64,000 nucleotides of DNA from Podarcis bocagei (lineage: Eukaryota). Position numbers and translations under genes: made by a program. The stretch's first letter is position 1. Each line of letters opens with the position of its first letter. Below are positions 41,822-52,852 of the stretch, piece after piece. Under the pieces are notes generated by a model. The model made no database searches. It saw only the letters and a list, made by a program, of their open reading frames with translations, and had not been told where the DNA came from. The stretch is from the NCBI GenBank assembly GCA_964188305.1, contig OZ076902.1, one strand, 5' to 3'.

Positions 41822-41827
41822 TTTATT
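41822..41827 (-). terminator. Probable RUSC1 polyadenylation signal (AATAAA)
   Basis: First minus-strand AATAAA I found downstream of the RUSC1 stop, about 810 nt away. Confidence 0.55.
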
Positions 41828-42640
41828 TCCCTCCCTTCTGCACAGTCTCTTAAGAGAGCGTGGATGGTGCCCGTCTTCAGACAGGAGCCATTTCTGCCGT
41901 GGTTTTGGGGCTGGGTAGATGTTCAAGAGGGGGCTCTGTAGGGACAGCCAGACGGGTCCCGATCCACTTGGCTGGTGACCTATACCGCAAGGGGTTGGAC
42001 TAGATGCCCCTCAGGGGTCCCTTCCAAGTCTCCAGTTCTACGATCGACATCACTTCAGGGTGGGGAGGGGAGAGAGACGTGAGGATCGCCGGCAAGACGA
42101 AAGCAGCAGGAAAGGTGAAATATATAATATTATATATATATATATATATATAGGTATGTATATCTACACAGATATATGCAATATACAGATGAGAACCATA
42201 GTTTGGCCGACAGTGTGTGTGTGTTACACGATCGTGGAAAGCAGCAAGCACAAGCGGTTAAACGTGTGATTCGGGGGGGGGGGGGAGAGCAGAAGGGCAG
42301 TTGGCCAAGTCAGGCGAGAGGCAGGAGAAGAGTTCGAAAGAAGGAAACGGTGAGGCGGTGGGAGCCCTGCCAACCCCCTGCGGCAGAATTTGCACCCACA
42401 GCCGGGGCGGAGGGGAGAGGAACAGAGACATCGGCTTGGGGTTCATGAGGCTAACCAGGATGCAATCTGGGCGGGGGGAAGTAGGCACCCTCAGCTTCTT
42501 AGTGTCCATGTCATTTTGTTGAAATTCCTTCAGCGGTGCGTTTATAAAGTGTGTTTGTGTGTAGGCAGGAGTGGGGTGATCCTCTGGTGTGCCCCACTTC
42601 CCCCCACAACAGCCGCAGCCTTGCCATCTCCCTGCGCAGT

Positions 42641-42809
42641 TCACAGGATGAGAGAGGTGTAGCCGACGGGGACTAGGCCTCGGCGGTCTCCGTGGCAACA
42701 CTGGATCCAGTCTTCGTCCACCGTGTCCAGGACCCGCAAGACGTCGCCTTTGCGGAAGCTGAGGTGGTCGTCCCGGCTGCCGGCGTGGTCGCAGAGAGCG
42801 CGAACGGCC
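42641..42809 (-). CDS. RUSC1: RUSC1 last exon, SH3 domain (AVRALCDH..LSFRKGDVL..DEDWIQC..GLVPVGYTSLIL*)
   Basis: tccag|G acceptor on minus strand; SH3 motifs; stop at 42641-42643. Confidence 0.96.
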
Positions 42810-42903
42810 CTGGATGGAGTCAGAGGGACGACACAGACTGAGCAGGGGGCGACATACGACGAAAACACAGACGGGTCTCCTTTCAAAGTGCACATCCCTT
42901 AGG

Positions 42904-43041
42904 CAGCGGTTCTCAACCTGTGAGTCCCCAGATGTTGTTGGACTACAACTCCCATCATCCCTGAGCTCTGGCCTTGCTAGCTAGGGGTGATGGGAGTTGT
43001 AGTTCAACAACATCTGGGGACCCACAGGTTGAGAACGGCTG
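42904..43041. mobile_element. Palindromic hAT-type MITE
   Basis: cagcggttctcaacctgtg / cacaggttgagaacggctg. Confidence 0.8.
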
Positions 43042-43154
43042 CTAGGGGAAGGGGCACGAAACACCACCATTGCATGCAGAAGGTTCAGTCCCCAATGGCA
43101 CCTCCGGATAGGCCTGCCTGAATCCCTGAAATGTCACTGCCAGCCCGTGTAGCC

Positions 43155-43212
<58 letters not shown>

Positions 43213-43937
43213 TATTATTTATTCCCCAGCCACTCTGGGCGGCCTCCAGCAAAACACTAAAATACAATAGGATAGCTGCTTATTTCCTTCACATCTGAAG
43301 GGAGGGTGTTCCATAGGGTGGGCGCCACTACCGAGAAGGCCCTGTGCCTGGTTCCCTGTAACTTTTTGTAGCGAGGGAACCGCCAGAAGGCCCTCGGAGC
43401 TGGACCTCAGTGTCTGGGCAAAACGATGGGGGTTGAAACGCTGCTTCAGGTATACTGGATGAGGCCATGGTCTGACTAGATATGCATCAAGCTTCCTGTA
43501 AGTACCGTTGCTTTAAGTACCCAATATGGCCACTCAGAAGAATTGGCAGATTCAGGGAATCTAGAGTTGGAAGGGACCCCGAGGGTCATCCAGTCCAACC
43601 CCCTGAAATGCAGGAAACATTTGCCCAACGTGGGGCTCGAACCCACGACCCTGAGGTCAAGAGTCTCATGCTCTACCACGCCAAAGTCTTTGCAGAAGTA
43701 CCAAGAAATGTTTAGGAAAGGAAACGAAAATCCGAAGGAGGACACATCTCCCTCTTCCTAGCCCAAGGAGTACTGAGCATGCTCAGTGGGCACAGAATAC
43801 GGACTGAGGGGGGGTGGGACTGATGGAAAACCCAGAGCGGGAGGGGTAATAGAGTGGCGGGCCTGAAACCCCCAGCAGAAGCCCTTCACGCTGCAACACT
43901 TTGTTGCAGCCCTGGGCACGGGGAGAGGATGGCTCAC

Positions 43938-44066
43938 CTGTACGGCTGTTGTGGGCTTGGTGGGACGTCTTCCCACGATTCCTCTGGCCAGCTCTTCTCG
44001 GCCGGTGCCCCCTTCATCACCACAGCCAGGATGTTCATGGTGGGCGGCAACCAGCTTGACGGGCGC
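43938..44066 (-). CDS. RUSC1: RUSC1 exon (RPSSWLPPTMNILAVV..QPYR)
   Basis: aagcag|G acceptor, AG|gtgagc donor; RRPSSWLPP motif. Confidence 0.94.
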
Positions 44067-44769
44067 CTGCTTGGATAGGAAAGAGAATATACCTGACCCA
44101 CGAGAAAAACCCACTTTTTTGCCATTGGGGGTGCAATTTTAATTAGAGACATTTAGGAAAAACTGCCTGAAAGTTGGGCACTTGGTTGGAGTATTAGGCA
44201 GGGGACAGTCCTAACCTTTGAGTCTAGAAGGTTCGAATCCCAGTTTTTCAGGCAGAGCTGTGCCTTTGTCCCTTCTGGCAAACCAGGAGTTCGCTGGGAA
44301 AAATTAGGGAGAACCACGCTGCCTTCAGGGCACAAGTCTGTCTTACTTGGCTAATTCTGACTGCTGGCAAGGACCAAGTTCGCAAGCGGGAGATGGCGGG
44401 AATAACTTGCCTTATATATTTCCTAGGGAGCTGCTACTTCTGACCAGATCGCTTTAAACTCAGGGGCAGAGAAGCTTTTTCCAGCTTGAGGGCCACATTC
44501 CCTTCTGAGGGCAACCTTCCAGGGGCCGCATGAATGTAGTGGGTGGGGCCAGAGGCCAAAGTGGGTGGAGAAACTGATGTAAATATTTCCTTTGTACGGG
44601 AGATTAGTTCTCAAGGGATCCCAATTTCAGACAAGCGAAAATGCTCTAGGAGGGTGGGAAGCAGGGCTGGTGAGGGGTGTGCCCTGGAAGAAGGGGCGTG
44701 GGCTGAGGGATAGTTCCAAGGGCCACATAGAAAGGCTCATAGGGCCGCATTTGGCCTGCTGGCTTCAGG

Positions 44770-44990
44770 CATAGCTGTCAACTTTCAGATTTGAAAATAA
44801 GGGATCAGCAGCCTCGAAAATAAGGGATCAGCAGCCTCACCTGTCCCGGGGAGCCTCGAAATTTAAGGGAACAGCCGCCTCACCTGTCCTGGGGACAGTC
44901 TACGGGATATCTAACAATCTGGGATAGCAGCGGGAAGCGGCTCTGGAATAAGGGAATTTCCCGCAAAAAAAGGGAAGGTTGACAGCTAAG
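44770..44990. mobile_element. MITE with 9-bp TSD
   Basis: TIR catagctgtcaac / gttgacagctaag; flanking ggcttcagg at 44761-44769 and 44991-44999. Confidence 0.82.
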
Positions 44991-45023
44991 GGCTTCAGGT
45001 TCCCCCGCTGGCCATCCACTTAC

Positions 45024-45897
45024 CTGGATTTCGACAGGTGAGAATCGGCCTCGTTGGCGCATCCTGGAGCGGCTGCTCCGAAGAGCCACCCAAGCCAATT
45101 TCCCTTTGCAGTTCCAGCGCCCTCAAGCTTTTCGGCTGCCTCCTGGGCATCAGGCAAGCAGGTCGCCTCTGGCTTCCCTGCAGCTTCCCCTACGGGTGAG
45201 CTGCCTTCTTCGCAGACAGCGGGTGCCTGCCTTGGGCTCTCCACTGAGCTGCTTCCTCTGGGGCTGGGCGCTTGGGGCAGCACGTCGGGGCTCACGCTGG
45301 CTTCTCCAGCCCCGCTGTGGGCCGCCTCCACAGCTTCTCCCAGAGCCGCCCTCAGCTTGGTCCAGTGGGTGTGAGGGAAGCCCTCCTGCTTCGGGGGCTC
45401 GCTATAGACCCCCGAAGCCCGGCTCAGCTGCTCCCACCAGCTTTGTTGCTTCTCTTCGCTCTCCTGGCAGCTCCCTTCAGCACCCGCCTCCGCCTCGGGG
45501 GCTCCCTCGCCGCCTCGGAAGGTGTGGCTCAGCCGGTCGCCCCACCGCAGGAGTCTCTGGTGCAAAGGCGGCCCGGCCTGGGGCTCGTGGAGCGGGCTAG
45601 ATTGGGCCACGGGCCCTTCCGCCAGGCCGGCGAGAGGAGGCGGGCGTTTGGGCAAAGTGACTCGGCTCCCTCCCCGAGCCTTCTGGGAACCGGCCAGCAG
45701 CTCAGTCGGTGTGGTGGGACGCCGGGGTGGCGGCCGGACGTCGAGTGGCAGGTGCTGGTGCTCGAAGAGGAGGTCCAGCTGGAAGGTCAGCATGGAGAGC
45801 GGTTGGAGCAGCAGGAGGAGCTCATCGGCCCAGCGGCGGCAGAAGCCTTGGCTGAGTACCAGGAAGGCGGTGGGCAAGTACAGCGCCGAGATCAGCT
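45024..45897 (-). CDS. RUSC1: RUSC1 large exon (ELISALYLPTAF..ELLLLLQPLSMLTFQLDLLFEH..SWWEQLSRAS..WLGWLFG..KSR)
   Basis: cacag|AG acceptor, AG|gtaagt donor; 874 nt, phases fit. Confidence 0.95.
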
Positions 45898-46133
45898 CTG
45901 TGGGGTTGGGAGACGGCATGAACAGGTCAGAAACGCATCCTTCTAAGTCTGTCTCAACTTTGCTGTTGGATTACAAAGCCACTTCTGACCTCAGGAGGAG
46001 GTGGTGTTGCGGGCTCATGCCCCAACACCCGCACAGCGCAGCCTGGGATCTCCCTCTTTGGCCACTCAGCTTTTTAGGTTTCCCGCCCGCCTGCCCTTCA
46101 AGGTTTCCTTTCTGACCTTGCTCTGGACCTCGG

Positions 46134-46645
46134 TTGGTCGCCGTTAAGGGGCCTGGTAGGAATTTTTTCCACTTGGCAAATTGGCACTGGCCATTTGGTT
46201 TTTCGCCTGTCTCGTAGCAAATCGTCACAACTTCCTTGGTTTTGGCTGTTAGGCATTGGTAGGGGTATTGTTATGTAGATGTGTTGGGAGGGAGGAGCGC
46301 CATCACCTCCCCCAAATATTGAAGGGTAGTCTGGTAAAGGATTCCGGGGGGGCGTGGCCTCGTCCGAAACCTAGGGAGGTCAGGGCCTAAAGTGTGCCCC
46401 CGAGCAGTGACCCCAGGGGAGTCCCTAGTTGATGTGCATCAGCAGGGCTCCCCCTGCTGGTGTTAACCCTTCCCGGTCTTCAAGCAAACAGGCTGAAGCC
46501 GGAGAGTTGGTTAGGACCAATGCCTAAGCCAATACCGCTCTTTACCTATAACCAATAAAGCTGTGGCCTATTTTAGCCCATTAACCTAAATACTTGTGTC
46601 ACGTGTCATTATTTCCTACTGGTGGGAGGCGGGAACTCGCCACGC
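46134..46645 (+). mobile_element. Probable retroelement terminal fragment (DIRS/Ngaro-like)
   Basis: Repeat-like segment with aataaagctgtggcc near its end; family call from memory only. Confidence 0.3.
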
Positions 46646-47026
46646 AACTCCCAGCATCCCCGGCTACCAGGACCAGTGGTCAGGGATGATGGGAGTTGTA
46701 GTCCAACAGCAGTTGGGGACCCCAGTTTGAGAAGGGCTGGCATGCAGGGAGTTGGACTAGGTGATTCTTGGGGTCCCTTCCAAATGTACAATTCTGTGGT
46801 TTTCCAGGAGCACTGGGTGGGGGAGAAGGTAGAGGGTGTGACACCAGGGAGCAGAATTAATCTTCCATTTTCACTTTTTAAAAGAACCACCACCACCAAG
46901 TTTCTAATTCTTGTGTATTTAAAACCCCCCACAAGTGAACCTAAAAAATTTAAAGATATAAATAAAAACCAGAATTCCCTCTCCCTGCCCCCTGCAGTTC
47001 CAAATATAAAAGCTTATATTAAAATA

Positions 47027-47886
47027 TAGTGGTGCCTCGCAAGACGAAATTAATTCGTTCCGCAAGTCTCTTCGTCTTGCGAGTTTTTCGTCTTGCGATG
47101 CACGGTTTCCCATAGGAATGCATTGAAAATCAATTAATGCGTTCCTAGGGAAACCGCCTTCAGACCAGGTCCGGGGACAGTCTGTCCCCGGACCTCTTCT
47201 GAAGGCTGGGGGGGGGGGGGACAAGGGCTTTTCTTCCCACCCCCAGCATTTTAAAAAACCCCGGGACAGCGGAGGACTTCTCCGCTGTCCGGGCGATCTT
47301 AAAATGCTGGCGGGCGGCATTTTAAAATCGCCCCGGGACAGCGGAGGACTTCTCCACTGTCCGGGGCGATTTAAAAGCCCCTGGGAAGGCAGGCAGGGGG
47401 GACAAAGACTTTTGCCCCCCGCCTGGACCTCTTCTGAAGGCGGGCGGGGGGCGAAAGTCTTTGCTCCCCCCGCCTGCCTTCAAAAGCCCGCCGGGACAGG
47501 CAGGCAGGGGGGAGCAAAGACTTTCGCCCCCCGCCCGCCTTCAGAAGGTGTTCCCTCCCCGCCGCCCGGCTTCGGAACGATGCTCCGAAGCCGGGCGGCG
47601 GGGCAGGTGTTCCCTCCCCGCCGCCCGGCTTCGGAGCATCGTTCCGAAGCCCGGCGGCGGCGGGAGGAGGCGTTCCCGCCCCACCGCCCGGCTTCGGAGG
47701 AGGTCTGAGGACAGTGGGGAAGACGCGCTGCGCTTCCCCGCTGTCCCGGATATTTCCCTATGGGCTGTCGTCTTGCGAAGCAAGCCCATAGGGAAATTCG
47801 TCTTGCGAAGCGCCTCCAAAACGGAAAACCCTTTCGTCTAGCGGGTTTTCCGTCTTGCGAGGCGTTCGTCTTGCGAGGTACCACTG
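47027..47886. mobile_element. Long Tc1/pogo-type non-autonomous element with GC-rich internal repeats
   Basis: TIR (t)agtggtgcctcgcaagacgaa / ttcgtcttgcgaggtaccactg, TA TSD. Confidence 0.85.
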
Positions 47887-48091
47887 TACGTGCCTGTGTT
47901 AAGATTCCTGCACTGCAGGGGGTTGGACTAGATGACCACAGGGGTCCCTTCCAACTCTATGATTCTATGGTAGGCGTGCTTAAACAAAAGAGGGTTTTAG
48001 CAGGCACCAAAAAGAGTAATGCACAGGCACTTGCCTAATATCAGTACGTCGTGGAGGTGCTAATAAAAAACGTGGGGTGCCCCAAATTTAC

Positions 48092-48138
48092 CTGAGTTCC
48101 GCTGCAGGTTGGCAAACCACTGCTCCAACTGCTTCATG
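48092..48138 (-). CDS. RUSC1: RUSC1 47-nt RUN exon (NMKQLEQWFANLQRNS)
   Basis: cgtag|C acceptor, G|gtaaat donor; aligns with recalled human NTKQLELWFSSLQEDA. Confidence 0.92.
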
Positions 48139-48145
48139 CTACGGA

Positions 48146-48969
48146 GATAAGATAGATGAGATAAAACTTTATTCGCATTAGCCAATGGCCATAGCAACAG
48201 TAAAACATTACAGTATACGCAGAAAAGGAAATGTGATATAAGAGCACAATTTAAAGTCCTGAATCAGCAGTCAGTTAGTGGCCCTTATTCTGACTGCCCC
48301 TGCTATGAACCTAGCAAGCTTTGCTGTTATCTGCTCATTTTGATCTGATAGAAGAAAGGAGATTGTGGCAGTGGTTGAGCGCCCTGGGATGGTGAGTACG
48401 AGTGGGGTGATGATCTGGTTCCTCAGGTCTTTGTAGAGAGTACAGGACAGGAGGACGTGTGCCGCTGTTTCGGTGCTACCATCTCCACAGGGGCAAAGGC
48501 GTTCCTCAGACGGGATCTTTTGGAATCGACCCTCAAGTACCGCAGATGGCAAAACATCCAGTCTTGCAAGTGTGAAAGCACGCCTGTATTTTGGAATACA
48601 GTAATAAGTTTGTGCAGATATGGGGCCAGAGAATCAAAATGGAGAGGTGGGAAATGAACATACCAAGGGCAGAATTTCCTTCTAGTGGCCAGGTTGTTCT
48701 GATGCTCAATATCTTTTAGACGTTGACCAATTAGACTGCTTGCTTTAGTAGGGCCCACAGTGAGTAGGTGTTGCGGGGATAGGCCACAAGAGTGAAGTTT
48801 TTGATAGACAGTTTTAAGCCAGGCACTTTTATGGGAGTCTTGAAGTGCTAGGGATAGCAAACCGGGGGGATTTGAGTTTAGGCGGAGCCAGAAGTTAAGA
48901 GTTCTTTGCCAAGTCCGTACTTCTACTGAAGGGAGACTTGCCTCCAGTCTCAATGATGCGTTTGGGACA
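48146..48969 (-). mobile_element. 5'-truncated non-LTR retrotransposon (RTE-X/L1-like ORF2 C-terminus) with 11-12 bp TSD
   Basis: Frameshifted ORF ending in a CCHC knuckle (ERLCPCG..ETAAHVLLSC); AATAAA and (TATC)-like tail; TSD tcatgctacgga at 48134-48145 and 48970-48981. Confidence 0.85.
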
Positions 48970-49442
48970 TCATGCTACGGACGAACAGGCCAAGACAAAG
49001 GGTTTTAGCATCAAACGTAGCAATGCCTGAAAGCTGCCTTGTAGAATCAGACCTTTGGGTCTACCTGGCTCAATACTGACCGGCAACAGCTCTCCAGGGT
49101 TTCGGGTAGGGATCCTTCCCCCCTCAGGGAGGTTGTAAAGGTTGCAGCTGAGACCTTTGGGCATGCAAAAAGGAAACGCTCCATCACTGCGCTATGGGCC
49201 TTGGCCCTAAAAAGAAAGCAAGACCCTAGTCCTCATGGATTTGAGTAAAGGGCTGATTTAAGTTGCCTTGCAGGACGAATACGCCTGCTGGACAAATTCA
49301 GAGGCTGTTAAATATAAATGAAGGATCGACACTGGAATGTTTCGTTGGAATTACCTGGATGAATTAGGGAATGCAGCACAATGTGAGATCATCATTCCCT
49401 GAACTTCAGAGCATGGGGAGTCAACCAAAGATTTATAAAAAA

Positions 49443-49790
49443 GTAAAGGTAAAGGGACCCCTGACCATTAGGTCCAGTAGTGACCGACTCTGGGGTTGTG
49501 GTGCTCATGTCGCTTTATTGGCTTAGGGAGCCGGCGTACAGCTTCCAGGTCATGTGGCCAGCATGACTAAGCCGCTTCTGGCGAACCAGACCAGCGCACA
49601 GAAACGCCGTTTACCTTCCCACCGGAGCGGTACCTATTTATCTACTTGCACTTTGACGTGCTTTCGAACTGCTAGGTTGGCAGGAGCAGGGACCAAGCAA
49701 CGGGAGCTCACCCCGTCGCAGGGATTCGAACCGCCGGCCTTCTGATCGGCAAGTCCTAGGCTCTGTGGTTTAACCCACAGCACCACCCGC
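49443..49790 (-). mobile_element. Sauria SINE
   Basis: Reverse complement of the 34900 copy. Confidence 0.9.
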
Positions 49791-50115
49791 ATTATAATTT
49801 GGCATAAAATTTGGACTGTTTGATTGCATTATAATTTGGAATGTTTCCAAAGTGGCTTTTATTGGCTTGTTAAAATGGAAAACATAATAAATATTATTCT
49901 AAGAAAAAAAAAGAAGATTTAAGTTGCCTTGCACCGTGTGATATGCTTGGTCAATATTGTCCACACTGACTGGCAGCAGCTCTCCAGGGTTTCAGGCAGG
50001 GGACATTCCCAGCCCGACCTGGAGATGCCATTGGGGACTGAACATGCGGGAACCTCCTGCATGTAAGGCAAATGAGTTACAACAACCCACCCCCCACCCA
50101 ATGTCTTCTACTCAC

Positions 50116-50221
50116 TTCAGGAGGCCCAGGATGAAAGCGTGGAAGCGCTGCTGGTTGCTGCGAAGCGGAGCCAAGCGCGATACCCGCCAGTACAAGGCGT
50201 TCAGCGATCGAGCGTGGGGAC
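50116..50221 (-). CDS. RUSC1: RUSC1 RUN exon (GPHARSLNALYWRVSRLAPLRSNQQRFHAFILGLL)
   Basis: cccag|GT acceptor, AA|gtgagt donor. Confidence 0.95.
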
Positions 50222-50955
50222 CTGGGCGAGAAGCACATGGAGAAACACCAGCAGATACCTTCACTTAGGGCCACATCCCAGCTCCCCGCCCCTGCCCCAA
50301 AAGACCCACAGGAATGAATGAGCAAGCCACGGCTGCCCAAAATACGAGAGCTCACGGAATCCTTATGGAGCAGGAGTGCGCCTAGCCAGAAAGAGCCTGC
50401 CTCAATCTCCCATTTCTATTATTTCGCTGGTTCTTGAAGACACAGTCTTTGTAGACAAATGTGCATGCGCACGCACACACACTCCGATCTCCTGACATGA
50501 ACCTCCTGCTTTCACTGTTTTAATTGCAGGGCGCTTTGTTCTATTTATTTAAAAGCATTTCTCCGCCACTTGATGTCTCAAAAAACATCTTAGCGGTGTG
50601 CAGCTTGAAACAAATGCACGGCACAGCGTGGAAACAAGAATGCCACCCGAAAAAACCAGGAAAGCAGCTGTATAAAAACACATAAAAATAAATGAATAAG
50701 GAAATAAAATGTAAATTTCAGAAGATTCAAATGTGTACAAAGAGTAAGCTTTACGGTCCTTAAGGCTGCTTAGGTGGGGTGGTTGAACTTCAGCGTGCAA
50801 CATCACTTTTCATCCTGTCCCCTGGGCCAGAAGAACCCATTCATTCATACATTCCTTAAAATTCTTATAACACATTCATTCATTCCTTTCTATGCTGCTT
50901 TTCACTCCCACGAGTCACAAATTGGATCACAAACAAAATATAACAATAGCATAAT

Positions 50956-51306
50956 AAAGGTAAAGGTAAAGGTAAAGGTAAAGGTAAAGGGACCCCTGAC
51001 CATTAGGTCCAGTCGTGGCCGACTCTGGGGTTGCGGTGCTCATCTCGCTTTATTGGCCGAGGGAGCCAGCGTACAGCTTCCGGGTCATGTGGCCAGCATG
51101 ACTAAGCCGCTTCTAGCAAACCAGAGCAGCGCACGGAAACGCCGTTTACCTTCCCGCCGGAGTGGTACCTATTTGTCTACTTGCACTTTGACATGCTTTC
51201 GAACTGCTAGGTTGGCAGGAGCTGGGACCGAGCTCATGGGAATTCGAACTGACGACCTTCTGATCAGCAAGTCCTAGGCTCTGTGGTTTAACCCACAGCG
51301 CCACCC
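50956..51306 (-). mobile_element. Sauria SINE with expanded (ACCTTT)5 tail
   Basis: Reverse complement of the family; small internal deletions. Confidence 0.9.
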
Positions 51307-51814
51307 TAGAACATCACAATTACAACATAAATAATCTAGAACAATTAACGAATCATCTGTAAAACGATAGCTCAGTTGGTCAGTGTGGTGCTGATAATGG
51401 CAAGGTTGCAGGTTCAATCCCCATAAAGGGCAGCTGCATATTCCTGCAGTGCAGGGAGTTGGACTCAATGATCCTCAGGGTCCCTTCCACATCTACAATT
51501 CTACATATCAGCAATAAAACAACCACCTTCTATAAATCGCTAAATGAAAGAACTGAAAAGATAAGCTAAAGGGCACAACCGCAGCAAAAGATTCACAAAG
51601 CACTACTATAGCACTCACAAGCCACAAAACAATATTAGCAACGTTAGAGAACTCACAACCAACCAATTATGCAAAATAAGCAGATTTATCCTACCGGCTT
51701 TAACCAGGAAGCTCTGCAAAATGTGGCCATTTGGGGTGCAGAATCAAGATTTTTGGAAAGGAAAACGACCACCAAACCAACCCGCCTCCGGCCTCTCTGA
51801 CGCCTCCTTCCTAC

Positions 51815-51989
51815 CTGGCTTGGCTGAGGCTTCCACAACGCTCCACGGGGAACTGGGTCTCTGGCCCGTGATGACATCTTTCTGAAAGGGCTTCAGGCCG
51901 TCGCCCACCAGGGCTCGCAGGGCAGGGCACAGAGTGGTCAGAACCACGTAGCCGATGTCTGGGCTGAGACGGCTGTCTCCCAGCTGGGT
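51815..51989 (-). CDS. RUSC1: RUSC1 RUN exon (TQLGDSRLSPD..SPWSVVEASAKP)
   Basis: cgcag|ACC acceptor, G|gtagga donor. Confidence 0.96.
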
Positions 51990-52220
51990 CTGCGCAGGAG
52001 GGAAACGGCTGGGTGTCAGCTGCTGGCAGGCTGGGGAGAGAAAACAACCAACGCCGCCCCCCTCCCCTTGCAAATTGGTAATTAGTGCTTTCTAATTAGC
52101 CTCCCTGCACACACCCGACCCTCGTAAGCGCAGAGGGCTGCTCCTTTTGCCACTCCTTGCCAGGCAGCCATTCATACTCCCCCCAAACACCCACTTTTTA
52201 TCTCTCTTTTTTAATATATA

Positions 52221-52477
52221 CCGTATTTTTCGCTCTATAAGAGGCACCAGACCACAAGACGCACCTAATTTTTGGAGGAGGAAAACAAGAAAAAAAAATC
52301 TGAATCTCAGAAGCCAGAACAGCAAGAGGGATCGCTGCGCAATGAAAGCAGCGATCCCTCTTGCTGTTCTGGCTTCTGGGATAGCTGCACAGCCTGCATT
52401 CGCCCCATAAGACGCACACACATTTCCCCTTACTTTTTAGGAGGGAAAAAGTGAGTCTTACAGAGCAAAAAATACGG
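52221..52477. mobile_element. pogo/mariner-type MITE (CCGTATTTT TIR)
   Basis: ccgtatttttcgctctataaga / tcttacagagcaaaaaatacgg, TA TSD. Confidence 0.88.
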
Positions 52478-52479
52478 TA

Positions 52480-52850
52480 TTTTTATTAGTTTTTTAACAT
52501 ATCATTCCCAACAATCATTTAACATATTTTCTTATACAATATTTTGGACTTCCATCGGCCACATCTGAAGATTTTTCAATCTTTATCACTTTGTCTACAT
52601 TTCTTAATTTCTCTATTACTTTTCATCGTCCTTAACTAATAACTCTCTTCATAGTCTTCATTGCAATATTTCGCACAGTCCTCCTTACAAATCTTCTTGC
52701 AGTCCTACTGGCGTAATCTGTTTATTACAATTGCTTTTCAAATGGTTCAAATATTTACTCCAGTCCTCTAAGAATCTCTGGTCCCGCAGGTTTCGGATCC
52801 TTCCTGTCACCTTATCTAATTCTGCATAGTCCAATGCACTTTTGTATCTC
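52480..52850 (-). mobile_element. L1/Tx1-like 3' fragment
   Basis: A-rich minus strand with a Trp/Lys-rich degenerate ORF end; approximate. Confidence 0.4.
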
Positions 52851-52852
52851 TA

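Noticed and set aside
45054-46115. Long + strand ORFs (up to 224 aa) opposite the large RUSC1 exon
   Set aside because: Antisense shadows of GC-rich coding sequence; no recognisable domain
47304-48038. Arg/Pro/Gly-rich ORFs on both strands
   Set aside because: Produced by GC-rich internal repeats of a non-autonomous transposon
48969-48974. A 6-nt microexon CATGAT that would splice the LINE out in frame
   Set aside because: Needs the donor gtccca, which is far from consensus; unsupported without reads
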